Of a DNA stretch of 35,141 nt, positions 1 to 8,535 are shown one piece after another. The notes below the pieces were generated by a model. It was not told the origin of the DNA. It did not search any database and saw only the letters and a program-made list of their open reading frames with translations. The first letter of the stretch is position 1, and every line of letters begins with the position of its first letter. The stretch is taken from the NCBI GenBank assembly GCA_032128375.1, contig JAQBGU010000152.1:1-35141 (forward strand). Reading direction: 5' to 3'. The translations under genes and the position numbers were made by a program. This DNA comes from Deltaproteobacteria bacterium (GTDB lineage: Bacteria > Myxococcota_A > UBA9160 > SMWR01).

Positions 1-869
1 TGCTCGGGTTCGAGTTCGGCTACAGCCTCGATTTCCCCGATGCCCTCGTGATTTGGGAAGCCCAATTTGGCGACTTCGTGAACGGGGTACAGGTCATTCT
101 CGATCAGTTCGTGAGCTCCTCTGAAGACAAGTGGGAGAGGCTTTCTGGCCTGGTCTTGCTGTTGCCCCACGGTTACGAAGGGCAGGGGCCGGAACACTCG
201 TCGGCGCGGCTCGAGCGATTCTTGCAGGTCTGCGCCGAAGACAATATTCAGGTCGTCAACTGCACGACGCCTTCGAACTATTTTCACGCGCTTCGCAGGC
301 AGTTGCATCGGTCGTTTCGCAAGCCGCTGATCGTGATGGCGCCGAAGTCACTTCTCCGACACAAGAAGGTGGTTTCGAAGCTCTCTGATTTTTCGGAACA
401 GAGCTTCCACCGCGTGTTGCACTGCGACACGCTTCCCGGGAAACCGGCCGACGCCCGGCAAGTCGTGCTGTGCTCGGGCAAGGTCTACTACGACCTCCTC
501 GAGGAGCGCAAGCGTCGCGGAATCACCGACATCCACTTCATTCGCCTCGAACAGCTCTACCCGTTCCCGAGTGACGCATTGAGCGAGTTGTTGGACCCGT
601 ATCGGCATTGCGAGCTGGTGTGGTGTCAGGAAGAGCCGCGCAACATGGGCGCATGGCCGGTGGTTTCGGACTTCATCGAGGAGACGACAATCGCAATGCC
701 CTGCCAGAAGCCGAAGCTTCGCTACGCGGGGCGGCAGTCGGCGGCCTCGCCGGCGACCGGTTCTGCGAAGCACCACAAACTGCAACAGGCCCAGCTCGTC
801 GACGAAGCACTGACGATCGGTCTCGCACACGTCGGCCGAATCGCAGCGCGCACGGCCGAGCGCGAGTAA
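1..869 (+). CDS. sucA: 2-oxoglutarate dehydrogenase E1 component, C-terminal part (runs off the 5' edge)
   Basis: Motifs WEAQFGDF, LLLPHGYEGQGPEHSSARLERFLQ, RKPLIVMAPKSLLRH, WCQEEPRNMGAW; lies upstream of E2 and E3. Confidence 0.97.
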   Translation, partial: LGFEFGYSLDFPDALVIWEAQFGDFVNGVQVILDQFVSSSEDKWERLSGLVLLLPHGYEGQGPEHSSARLERFLQVCAEDNIQVVNCTTPSNYFHALRRQLHRSFRKPLIVMAPKSLLRHKKVVSKLSDFSEQSFHRVLHCDTLPGKPADARQVVLCSGKVYYDLLEERKRRGITDIHFIRLEQLYPFPSDALSELLDPYRHCELVWCQEEPRNMGAWPVVSDFIEETTIAMPCQKPKLRYAGRQSAASPATGSAKHHKLQQAQLVDEALTIGLAHVGRIAARTAERE

Positions 870-881
870 CGCAGCCGTGAT

Positions 882-917
882 GGGTTTCTCGAAGGGTTTC
901 TCAACGGGTGAATCAAC
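882..917. repeat. Three imperfect 12-bp tandem units in the sucA-sucB spacer
   Basis: GGGTTTCTCGAA (882-893), GGGTTTCTCAAC (894-905), GGGTGAATCAAC (906-917). Confidence 0.6.
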
Positions 918-955
918 GCAGACCGGTTTGGCCGAAACGAGGGCTTGAGGTAGAA

Positions 956-2233
956 ATGGCGATCGACATCGTGGTTCCCGCGCTGGGAGAGTCCATATCG
1001 GAAGGCACCATTGCCGTTTGGCTCAAGAAAGAAGGCGACTCGCTTTCGGTCGACGAGCCGGTGGTCGAGCTCGAAACAGATAAAGCGACGGTCGAAATTG
1101 GCGCGCCTGCTGCCGGAGTCCTCACCGAGATCCTTGCGGCTGAAGGCGAAGATGTCGAAGTGGGCGCCGTGCTGGGTCGCATCGATCCAAACCCGAGCGC
1201 CGCGATTTCGGCGCCGGTACAAAGTGAACCCGCTGCGCCGCCGGCCCAGAGCCGAGGCGATCGAGAGGGCATCCAACCGGACGCAATCCCGATCGGGGAC
1301 GCTGACTCGGTCGGTCTGGCAGACCTGTTGCTGGCTACGGGTTCCGATGTGGACTTGAGCCGGTTGGGGCCGGCTGTGCGAAAGAGAATCGCAGAACTCG
1401 GCGTCGACCCCGCACAGGTCGAGGCGACCGGTCGCGACGGGCGGTTGACGCTAGACGACATCGAGCGCTTCGCGGCGATAGCGACCGCCGCGGCAGTCAG
1501 CGAGGCCGCGACAGCCCCCGCTGCTTCGCGCCCCCAGCGCGAAGAGCGGGTCCGAATGACGAGGATGCGTCGAACCATCGCCGCGCGCCTCAAGCAGGCG
1601 CAGAACACGGCGGCGATTCTGACGACCTTCAACGAGGCCGACATGGGCGCAGTCAAAGAGCTGCGCGCCCGGCACCGTGACGATTTCGAAAAACGACACG
1701 GGGTCAAGCTTGGATTCACGGCATTTTTTGCCAAGGCGTGCGTCGCGGCATTGAAAGAATTCCGCAACGTCAACGCCCAGATCGATGGCAATGAGATTGT
1801 CTACCAGCAGGCTTATGACATCGGGATGGCGGTCAGCACCGATGACGGCCTGGTCGTCCCGGTGATTCGAGACTGCGACGGAAAATCATTCGCCGACATC
1901 GAGCGGAACCTCGCTGAGCTCGCGACGAAGGCCCGCGAGGGCTCGCTGTCCGCGGCCGAAATGGAGGGCGGAACCTTCAGCATCACCAATGGGGGTGTCT
2001 TCGGCTCATTGCAATCGACTCCGATTCTCAACCCCCCCCAATCGGCAATTTTGGGTCTTCACAAGATTCAAGATCGCCCGATGGCAGTGGGGGGCGAAGT
2101 GGTGATCCGGCCGATGATGTATCTCGCCCTGTCGTACGACCATCGGCTCATCGACGGCAGAGATGCCGTGCGGTTTCTGGTGAAAGTGAAAGACGGTGTG
2201 GAGAACCCGGAGCGTCTGCTTCTCGACCTGTGA
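956..2233 (+). CDS. sucB: Dihydrolipoyllysine-residue succinyltransferase (OGDH E2)
   Basis: Lipoyl domain ([10 protein letters not shown]), E3-binding domain (ATGRDGRLT), catalytic [14 protein letters not shown] at 956 after GAGG. Confidence 0.96.
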   Translation: MAIDIVVPALGESISEGTIAVWLKKEGDSLSVDEPVVELETDKATVEIGAPAAGVLTEILAAEGEDVEVGAVLGRIDPNPSAAISAPVQSEPAAPPAQSRGDREGIQPDAIPIGDADSVGLADLLLATGSDVDLSRLGPAVRKRIAELGVDPAQVEATGRDGRLTLDDIERFAAIATAAAVSEAATAPAASRPQREERVRMTRMRRTIAARLKQAQNTAAILTTFNEADMGAVKELRARHRDDFEKRHGVKLGFTAFFAKACVAALKEFRNVNAQIDGNEIVYQQAYDIGMAVSTDDGLVVPVIRDCDGKSFADIERNLAELATKAREGSLSAAEMEGGTFSITNGGVFGSLQSTPILNPPQSAILGLHKIQDRPMAVGGEVVIRPMMYLALSYDHRLIDGRDAVRFLVKVKDGVENPERLLLDL

Positions 2234-2293
2234 CCTGCTCGTTGGCGAATGGACAGGACAGATGAATGGCCAGGCAATCTGAGAAAGGGCGAT

Positions 2294-3715
2294 GTGAGCG
2301 ATCAGGAATTTGATCTGGTGGTGATCGGTGGGGGGCCGGCCGGCTACGTCGCCTCGATTCGCGCGGCACAGCTCGGGATGCGGACGGCCTGCATCGAAAA
2401 GGGCGACACGTTGGGGGGGACCTGCCTGAATGTCGGCTGCATCCCCTCCAAGGCGCTGTTGCACTCCTCGGAGCGCTATGCCGAGGTTCGCGACGAGCTG
2501 GGCGGTCACGGAATCAACGTCCGTGGACTCGAACTCGACCTCGCGGCCCTGATGGACCGCAAGCGCCAGGTTGTCGCGGAGCTCACGCGTGGCATCGCAT
2601 TTCTGCTCGACAAAAATGGCGTGAGTCAGATCCAGGGTACTGCGCGTGTCGGGGGGGCAGGCGCACACGGGAGGGAAGTTGGCATCGAACTCAACGGCGC
2701 TGGCACCCAGAGCGTGACGGCGCGCAATCTGCTGATCGCGACGGGATCGGAGTCCACGCCACTCGCTGGCGTCGAAGTCGACGAGAAGCGAATCGTCAGC
2801 TCGACGGGAGCGCTGAGCCTCGACACGGTGCCCGAGTCGATGATCGTGATCGGCGCGGGCGTGATCGGGCTGGAGCTGGGCTCGGTCTGGTCCCGCCTCG
2901 GTGCCCAGGTAACGGTTGTCGAGTTTCTCGATCACATCCTGCCGGGGATGGATCGCGAGATTACGCGCCAGGCCCAGCGGATCCTGAAGAAGCAGGGGCT
3001 GGCGTTTCAACTCTCCCAAAAGGTAACCGGCGCGATGGCGGATGACGCTGGCGTTTCACTGCAGGTGGAGCCCGTCGCTGGCGGCGAGGCGGTCGAGCAT
3101 CGAGCCGATGTGGTGTTGTTGGCAGTGGGACGTCGCCCGTACACCGACGGACTCGGCCTCGAAGCGCTTGGCGTGGCGACGGACGAGCGTGGTTTCATTG
3201 TCGTCGATTCGCGCTTTGCAACCAATGTGCCCGGCGTGTTTGCCATCGGCGACTGCATCCCGGGGCCGATGCTCGCCCACAAGGCCGAAGACGAGGCTGT
3301 CGTTTGCGTCGAGATGATCGCAGGGCAAAGCGGTCACATCGATTACGATCTGATTCCGAGCGTTGTCTACACCCATCCAGAAATTGCCGGTGTCGGAAAG
3401 ACCGAAGAGCGTCTGAAATCGGAAGGGATCGCCTACCATGTGGGAAAGTTTCCGTTCTCGGCGAATAGTCGTGGTCGCGCCATCGGCGATACCGATGGCA
3501 TCGCCAAAGTGCTCGCAGACGCCGTCACCGACCGCATTCTGGGTGTGCACATCATCGGTCCGCTAGCGGGCGACCTGTTATCGGAGGCCGTGATCGCGAT
3601 GGAATTCGGTGCGACCGCGGAAGACATCGCGCGGACTTGCCATGCCCACCCATCGATGGGCGAAGCGATTCGCGAAGCCGCGCTCGCAGTCGCCGGGCGC
3701 GCGATCCATGTCTAG
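2294..3715 (+). CDS. lpdA: Dihydrolipoyl dehydrogenase (E3)
   Basis: GGGPAGY FAD-binding motif, redox disulfide GGTCLNVGCIPSK, GAGVIGLE, C-terminal HAHPS; GTG at 2294 after AAAGGG. Confidence 0.97.
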   Translation: MSDQEFDLVVIGGGPAGYVASIRAAQLGMRTACIEKGDTLGGTCLNVGCIPSKALLHSSERYAEVRDELGGHGINVRGLELDLAALMDRKRQVVAELTRGIAFLLDKNGVSQIQGTARVGGAGAHGREVGIELNGAGTQSVTARNLLIATGSESTPLAGVEVDEKRIVSSTGALSLDTVPESMIVIGAGVIGLELGSVWSRLGAQVTVVEFLDHILPGMDREITRQAQRILKKQGLAFQLSQKVTGAMADDAGVSLQVEPVAGGEAVEHRADVVLLAVGRRPYTDGLGLEALGVATDERGFIVVDSRFATNVPGVFAIGDCIPGPMLAHKAEDEAVVCVEMIAGQSGHIDYDLIPSVVYTHPEIAGVGKTEERLKSEGIAYHVGKFPFSANSRGRAIGDTDGIAKVLADAVTDRILGVHIIGPLAGDLLSEAVIAMEFGATAEDIARTCHAHPSMGEAIREAALAVAGRAIHV

Positions 3716-3859
3716 GGGGTCGACTCGAGACCGGGTCTCACGTCGAGCGACGACGCCAGCGTACCCTCTGGAGCAGGACGGGACTGTGCCGCAGCGAGCG
3801 CGATCGAGCGACGCGATCCCAAACGGGCTGTGACACCCCGACGCGAAACGGACGTCCGA

Positions 3860-4549
3860 ATGGCGAATTTCGACTGGTCGGACGTCGCGTGCAGGCTCGA
3901 CGAGCGCGGCTACGCCCGCCTGCCCAGGTTGCTCGAGGCTCGGGAGTGCACCGTTCTCGTCGAGTCGTTCGCTGACGATTCCTTGTTTCGAAGCTTCATC
4001 GACATGGAGCGGTTCCGCTTCGGCAAGGGGGATTACCGCTATTTCGATTACCCTCTGCCGCCGATCGTGCGCGCTCTGCGCAAACACCTGTATCCGCCGC
4101 TCGCGACGATCGCAAACCGCTGGCAGGACCGACTCGGCGAAAAGCATCGCTACCCGCCCGGGCTCGACACGTTCCTCGCACAGTGCCACGGGGCAGGCCA
4201 GACGCGCCCGACACCGCTGCTTCTCCACTACGACCAGGACGGATACAACTGCTTGCATCAGGACCGCTACGGCGATGTCGCATTTCCGTTGCAGGTGGTC
4301 ATTGCGCTTTCACGTCCTGGAATAGACTTTGAAGGTGGCGAGTTTCTTCTCACAGAGCAAAGACCGCGGATGCAGTCGCGCGGCGAGGCGATCACCCTCT
4401 CGCAGGGAGAGGGCCTCGTATTCCCCAACCAGCAGCGACCCGTACTGGGCGTACGCGGTCACTATCGCGCGATGATGCGCCACGGCTTGAGCCGACTGCA
4501 CGCGGGGGAACGCTATGCGCTGGGAATCATCTTCCACGACGCCGAGTGA
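3860..4549 (+). CDS. 2OG-Fe(II) oxygenase (DUF2086-like)
   Basis: FGKGDYRYFDYPLP, RPTPLLL, HxD (CLHQD), GGEFLLTEQRPRMQSR, distal His (MRHG), RYALGIIFHDA; start could be 3830 or 3860. Confidence 0.85.
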   Translation: MANFDWSDVACRLDERGYARLPRLLEARECTVLVESFADDSLFRSFIDMERFRFGKGDYRYFDYPLPPIVRALRKHLYPPLATIANRWQDRLGEKHRYPPGLDTFLAQCHGAGQTRPTPLLLHYDQDGYNCLHQDRYGDVAFPLQVVIALSRPGIDFEGGEFLLTEQRPRMQSRGEAITLSQGEGLVFPNQQRPVLGVRGHYRAMMRHGLSRLHAGERYALGIIFHDAE

Positions 4550-4632
4550 GCGAGTGGCGCGTGAGCCCAGAGCCTCCATCCCAGCGCTTACATCACGGCT
4601 GACGTCAGAAAAATCAAATACCGGGGACTTCG

Positions 4633-4839
4633 TCAGCTTTGGCTGACCTGGAGTAGTGTCACCGATTCGGTTTCCGAATCGATCACGATGCGGACCTCGC
4701 CGCGTTCGAGCTGGCGCATCACGTCGGCGACCTTCTCCTCGAGCTCCCGCTCGCGCTCCCCGTAGTCGGTTCCCTCACGGGTGACGAATTCCTCGATGAC
4801 CCCGCGCAGCGCGTCGGGAGTGAGCGCGCCGTGTGGCAC
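4633..4839 (-). CDS. yheU: YheU/UPF0270 family small protein
   Basis: PHGALTPDALRGVIEEFVTREGTDYG...QLERGEVRIV signature; start may extend to 4863. Confidence 0.85.
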   Translation of the reverse strand: MPHGALTPDALRGVIEEFVTREGTDYGERERELEEKVADVMRQLERGEVRIVIDSETESVTLLQVSQS

Positions 4840-4859
4840 CTCGGTGTAGATCGTCTCGC

Positions 4860-5468
4860 TCAGCGGCTCGTCTCTGAGCGGTCTGTGGGCTGAATCGTCG
4901 CGGCGATTTCGCCGCTCAATGCGCCGACCAAGCGGCTCATGGCGGCGACCAAAGCGCCAGTCGTCGAGAGACCGGGGTTCTCGCGGAAAGTCGACGCGCC
5001 GTGGTGGAATGTCAGCCGCTTTCGGTCATCGATCAATCGCCAGCGAACCGCGAGTGTGACGCTGCCGTCGGCTTCTCGTTCGAAGCGCGTGACATCGATC
5101 TCGATCTTCCAATCGGGTTCTGCGCCGTGACTCCATGGGTACACCGCCACGCGATCGGTCGGAAGCGTGCGCGCGAGGTTTTCTGCGACCGCCCGAGCAA
5201 AGCTCCGATCCAGCGGCTCCGCCCATTGGTCGAACTCGGCGACTTGGACCTCGTGATCTGCAATTCGCGTGAGAATCTGCGGACGATCGAGGCGCTTGGG
5301 AATCGAGATGGGCCCCACACCAATCGACACGCCGAGCTTGGCCGCGCCCGCCGCGGGCTGCGTCGCATCGAGCACGAACAAGCGGGGCGCCTGCGTCGGG
5401 CTGGAACCCAGACAACCGACCGCCAGCAAACCCGCAGCGGCTGCGGTGAGGTATCGGGTGACACCCAT
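4860..5468 (-). CDS. PqiC-like ABC-transport auxiliary lipoprotein
   Basis: Lipobox LAVGC; IGVGPISIPKRLDRPQI and WAEPL motifs; AGGAGG RBS before ATG 5468; follows the MCE gene. Confidence 0.88.
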   Translation of the reverse strand: MGVTRYLTAAAAGLLAVGCLGSSPTQAPRLFVLDATQPAAGAAKLGVSIGVGPISIPKRLDRPQILTRIADHEVQVAEFDQWAEPLDRSFARAVAENLARTLPTDRVAVYPWSHGAEPDWKIEIDVTRFEREADGSVTLAVRWRLIDDRKRLTFHHGASTFRENPGLSTTGALVAAMSRLVGALSGEIAATIQPTDRSETSR

Positions 5469-5487
5469 TTCGATCCTCCTGTTACTG

Positions 5488-5567
5488 AATGACTCTGACT
5501 CGATGACTGTGACGCAACGACGTGACGCAATGACGTGACGCAATTTGTGACGCAATGACTGTGACGC
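5488..5567. repeat. Six-unit 12-14 bp tandem repeat (consensus AATGAC(T)GTGACGC) between the MCE and PqiC-like genes
   Basis: AATGACTCTGACTC / GATGACTGTGACGC / AACGACGTGACGC / AATGACGTGACGC / AATTTGTGACGC / AATGACTGTGACGC, read directly. Confidence 0.85.
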
Positions 5568-6487
5568 TATTCTGACGTCTTGCCGCGCAGCAGTGCATCC
5601 GGGTTGCGCTCGAGGTATTCGGCGAGCAGGCGAACGGATCGGGCGGCCGAAGCCATTTCGTCGAGTGTGCGCACCAGTTCGTAGCGCAGCGACGAATCCT
5701 GGCCTGCGATCGACAGCGAGTCCTGTGCCGTGACCAGAACCTCGCGCGCTACGATCAGCGTCTCCTGCAGGCTTTTCAGTGTGTTGCCCGCTTCATCGAG
5801 CGTGCCGTCGAGCCGATTCGTCAGAGGTTCGATCTGCGCGTTGGCAGAGGTCACCAGGCGCTGCAGGTCTCGGATTCCCTGATTGAGACCGCTCAGGGAG
5901 CCGGCGAGATCCGGTGAATTGACCAACAGGTTCAGACCCGACAGGGTCTGCTGCGCGGTGACGACCAGATCTTCGAGTGACAGTGATTCAATGGTCTCCC
6001 GGATTTCTGCCAGGCTCGATCGGATCGTCGGCATCTCGGGAAAGTCAGTCGTCTCGTGGACATAGTTGGGCGGACGATCGGGATCGAAATCGAGCTCGAT
6101 CTGAATCTGGCCGGTGACCAGGCTCGAGTATTCCAGGCGAGCGCGTAGGCCCTTCGAGATCAGCTTGTCGAAGATATCGGCTTCTGGAGTGGCAACACCG
6201 GCCTCCCGAATTCGACGGGGCTGCAGCCGCAGATAGACGGGAATGCGCAGCGACAGGGCCTCGGCGACGTGGACCTGAATATCGCGGACCTCGCCAACCT
6301 TGACTCCGCGGAAGTTCACCGGCGCTCCGATCGACAGGCCGCCAACCGGTTCGTCAAAGAACGCGACGAATGTGACTTTCTCGGTGAAGTAGCGACCACC
6401 GCCAAACAGCACCAGAGCGACGACGACCAGCACGACCCCGCCCAACACGAAGCCGCCGATGAGCGTCGGGTTGGCTTTCCGGCTCAC
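5567..6487 (-). CDS. MlaD/MCE-domain substrate-binding protein
   Basis: N-terminal TM; GLSIGAPVNFRGVKVGEV; GLRARLEYSSLVTGQ; coiled-coil; C-terminal YLERNPDALLRGK. Confidence 0.93.
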   Translation of the reverse strand: MSRKANPTLIGGFVLGGVVLVVVALVLFGGGRYFTEKVTFVAFFDEPVGGLSIGAPVNFRGVKVGEVRDIQVHVAEALSLRIPVYLRLQPRRIREAGVATPEADIFDKLISKGLRARLEYSSLVTGQIQIELDFDPDRPPNYVHETTDFPEMPTIRSSLAEIRETIESLSLEDLVVTAQQTLSGLNLLVNSPDLAGSLSGLNQGIRDLQRLVTSANAQIEPLTNRLDGTLDEAGNTLKSLQETLIVAREVLVTAQDSLSIAGQDSSLRYELVRTLDEMASAARSVRLLAEYLERNPDALLRGKTSE

Positions 6488-7236
6488 GATTCTCCTCGCG
6501 TCAAGAACTGACGAATTCGGGCATGGGTCGTCGTATCGCGAAGTACGCTGGGCTTTCCGGTGGCCAGCATGGTACGCGAATCATGATCGAGAAACACCGA
6601 GTTATCAGCGATGGCAAAGATGCTCGCCAGCTCGTGAGTGACCAGGACCATCGTGGTCCCGAGGCTGTCGCGCAGCTCCCGGATCAATTCATCGAGTCGC
6701 CGCGCGCTGATCGGATCGAGCCCGGCCGATGGTTCGTCGAAGAACAGGATTTCGGGGTCCAGCGCCATCGCGCGTGCGACACCGGCGCGCTTGCACATTC
6801 CGCCGCTGATCTCCGAAGGGTGGAAGTCCTCGTAACCCGCCAATCCGACCAACGCGAGCTTGAACGACGCCACTTCCCGGATTTCGGATGCTGTCAGATC
6901 GGTGAACTCGCCCAGCGGGAACCCGACGTTCTCGGCCAATGTCATGGCACTCCACAGCGCACCACTCTGGTACATCACGCCAAACTTGCGGATCATTTTC
7001 TGACGTTCGTCGGCATCGCAATTCCAGAAACTCTGACCCTCGTAAAGTACGTCGCCGACATTCGGCTCCATCAGCCCAACCATGTGGCGTAGTAGTGTGG
7101 TCTTGCCACAGCCACTCGGACCCATCACGACGAAGATCTCGCCGCGGCCGATCGTGAAGTCCAGATCTCGTTGGATTACGAGGTCACCGTAGGCAGCCGT
7201 CAGGCCGCGGACTTCGATATGGGTGTCTGGGTTCAT
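6484..7236 (-). CDS. MlaF-type ABC transporter ATP-binding protein
   Basis: Walker A GPSGCGKT, signature ISGGM, Walker B FFDEPSAGLDP, H-loop VTHEL; 4-nt overlap with the MCE gene. Confidence 0.95.
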   Translation of the reverse strand: MNPDTHIEVRGLTAAYGDLVIQRDLDFTIGRGEIFVVMGPSGCGKTTLLRHMVGLMEPNVGDVLYEGQSFWNCDADERQKMIRKFGVMYQSGALWSAMTLAENVGFPLGEFTDLTASEIREVASFKLALVGLAGYEDFHPSEISGGMCKRAGVARAMALDPEILFFDEPSAGLDPISARRLDELIRELRDSLGTTMVLVTHELASIFAIADNSVFLDHDSRTMLATGKPSVLRDTTTHARIRQFLTRGES

Positions 7237-7254
7237 CTTCGCATACCCACTGAA

Positions 7255-8388
7255 TCAGCCGAGTACGTGGTCGAGCACGTTGAGGATCCCGGACGCGATC
7301 ACGATGAGCACGATCGAAGTGACGACGGCAGAGGTTGCTGCATCGCCGACTGCCGCGGCACTCCGACCCGATTGCATCCCCCGCATACATCCAGACACGG
7401 CGACGAGCGCTCCATACACGGTTGCCTTGACCAGACCCGCGCCAAAGTCGGAGAGAGTCATCGCCCGTTGGGTCTCATCGATGTAGCTCGCGAATCCGAT
7501 GTCGAGCATCCCGACGCCGACCGCCGAGCCGCCGAGAATGCCGAGCAGGTCTGCGTACAGACACAGCAACGGCATCATGAACACCAGTGCCAGTATGCGC
7601 GGCAGCACCAGAAACTCGATCGGTGACAGTCCCATCGTCTCGTATGCGTCGATCTCTTCATTGGCGGTCATCGTGCCGAGCTCGGCTGCAAACGACGCCC
7701 CGGTGCGTCCCGCCATGATGATCGCGGTCATCATGGCGCCCATCTCACGTGCCATGCCGAGACCCACGAGATCGGCAACGTAGATCTGTGCGCCGAACTG
7801 CTGCAACTGGATCGCTCCAATGAATGCGAAGATCATGCCCACCAGAAAACTGATCAGCGTGACGATCGGGAGCGCGTCTGCGCCACACTGCTGGACGACC
7901 AACGCGAAATCCGCTGCCCGAAACCGAGCCCGGCCGATCGGCAGGCGAAACATCGCGATGCAGACCCGTCCGAGGAAGCGCAGCTCGTGGGTCCGCGAAT
8001 CGCGTTCGCGCAGCGCCGCTCGACCGATGCGCGCGAGCCAGACTTCTCTGGGCAAGTCGGCTTCATCGGGTTCTTCGGGTGCTGCTGCGGCCATGTCGAG
8101 CAGCCGGTTCACGCCATCGGGAAGTCCAACGCGGTCGGTCGCGATTCCCCGCTCGGCGAGCCGTTGCATCAAGCCACGGAGAAACGCCAGTAGCGCGGTG
8201 TCCCAGGCCGTGAGTCCTTGGGTGTCGAACGCTACGCGGCAGATCGATTCGGAGCGATCCGCCTCGGCATGTACCAGCTCAGCAGACGGCAGGCCAGTCG
8301 CCAAAGTCCAACTGCCGGCCAGTCGGACGACCAATTCCTCACGGGCCGGCCAACTGAAGGTCATTTCGCGCGGTGACGGCCCCTGCAC
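7255..8388 (-). CDS. MlaE-type ABC permease with N-terminal STAS-like region
   Basis: REMGAMMTAIIMAGRTGASFAAELGTM..NEEIDA, VLPRILAL, AVGDAATSAVV; N-terminal WDTALLAFL; start 8388 or 8364. Confidence 0.93.
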   Translation of the reverse strand: MQGPSPREMTFSWPAREELVVRLAGSWTLATGLPSAELVHAEADRSESICRVAFDTQGLTAWDTALLAFLRGLMQRLAERGIATDRVGLPDGVNRLLDMAAAAPEEPDEADLPREVWLARIGRAALRERDSRTHELRFLGRVCIAMFRLPIGRARFRAADFALVVQQCGADALPIVTLISFLVGMIFAFIGAIQLQQFGAQIYVADLVGLGMAREMGAMMTAIIMAGRTGASFAAELGTMTANEEIDAYETMGLSPIEFLVLPRILALVFMMPLLCLYADLLGILGGSAVGVGMLDIGFASYIDETQRAMTLSDFGAGLVKATVYGALVAVSGCMRGMQSGRSAAAVGDAATSAVVTSIVLIVIASGILNVLDHVLG

Positions 8389-8535
8389 GACGGTATTCTA
8401 CCGCGCGATTCGCTCGGAGCGATGTTGCGGTGATCTGACCCCGTCGGCAAGCCGTGCTCGGCTCGGACGGTGGCGGAACACGGAGGCGTTTTTCCGCGGG
8501 CTGCTAGGATCGGCGGCCCTGCCCGGATGGAGTGT

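Noticed and set aside
3720..3746. Imperfect palindrome after lpdA as a terminator or mobile-element end
   Set aside because: Interrupted stem, no U-tract, no second copy or transposase in the window
5488..5567. Repeat array as a mini-CRISPR
   Set aside because: Units are 12-14 bp and contiguous, with no unique spacers and no cas genes nearby
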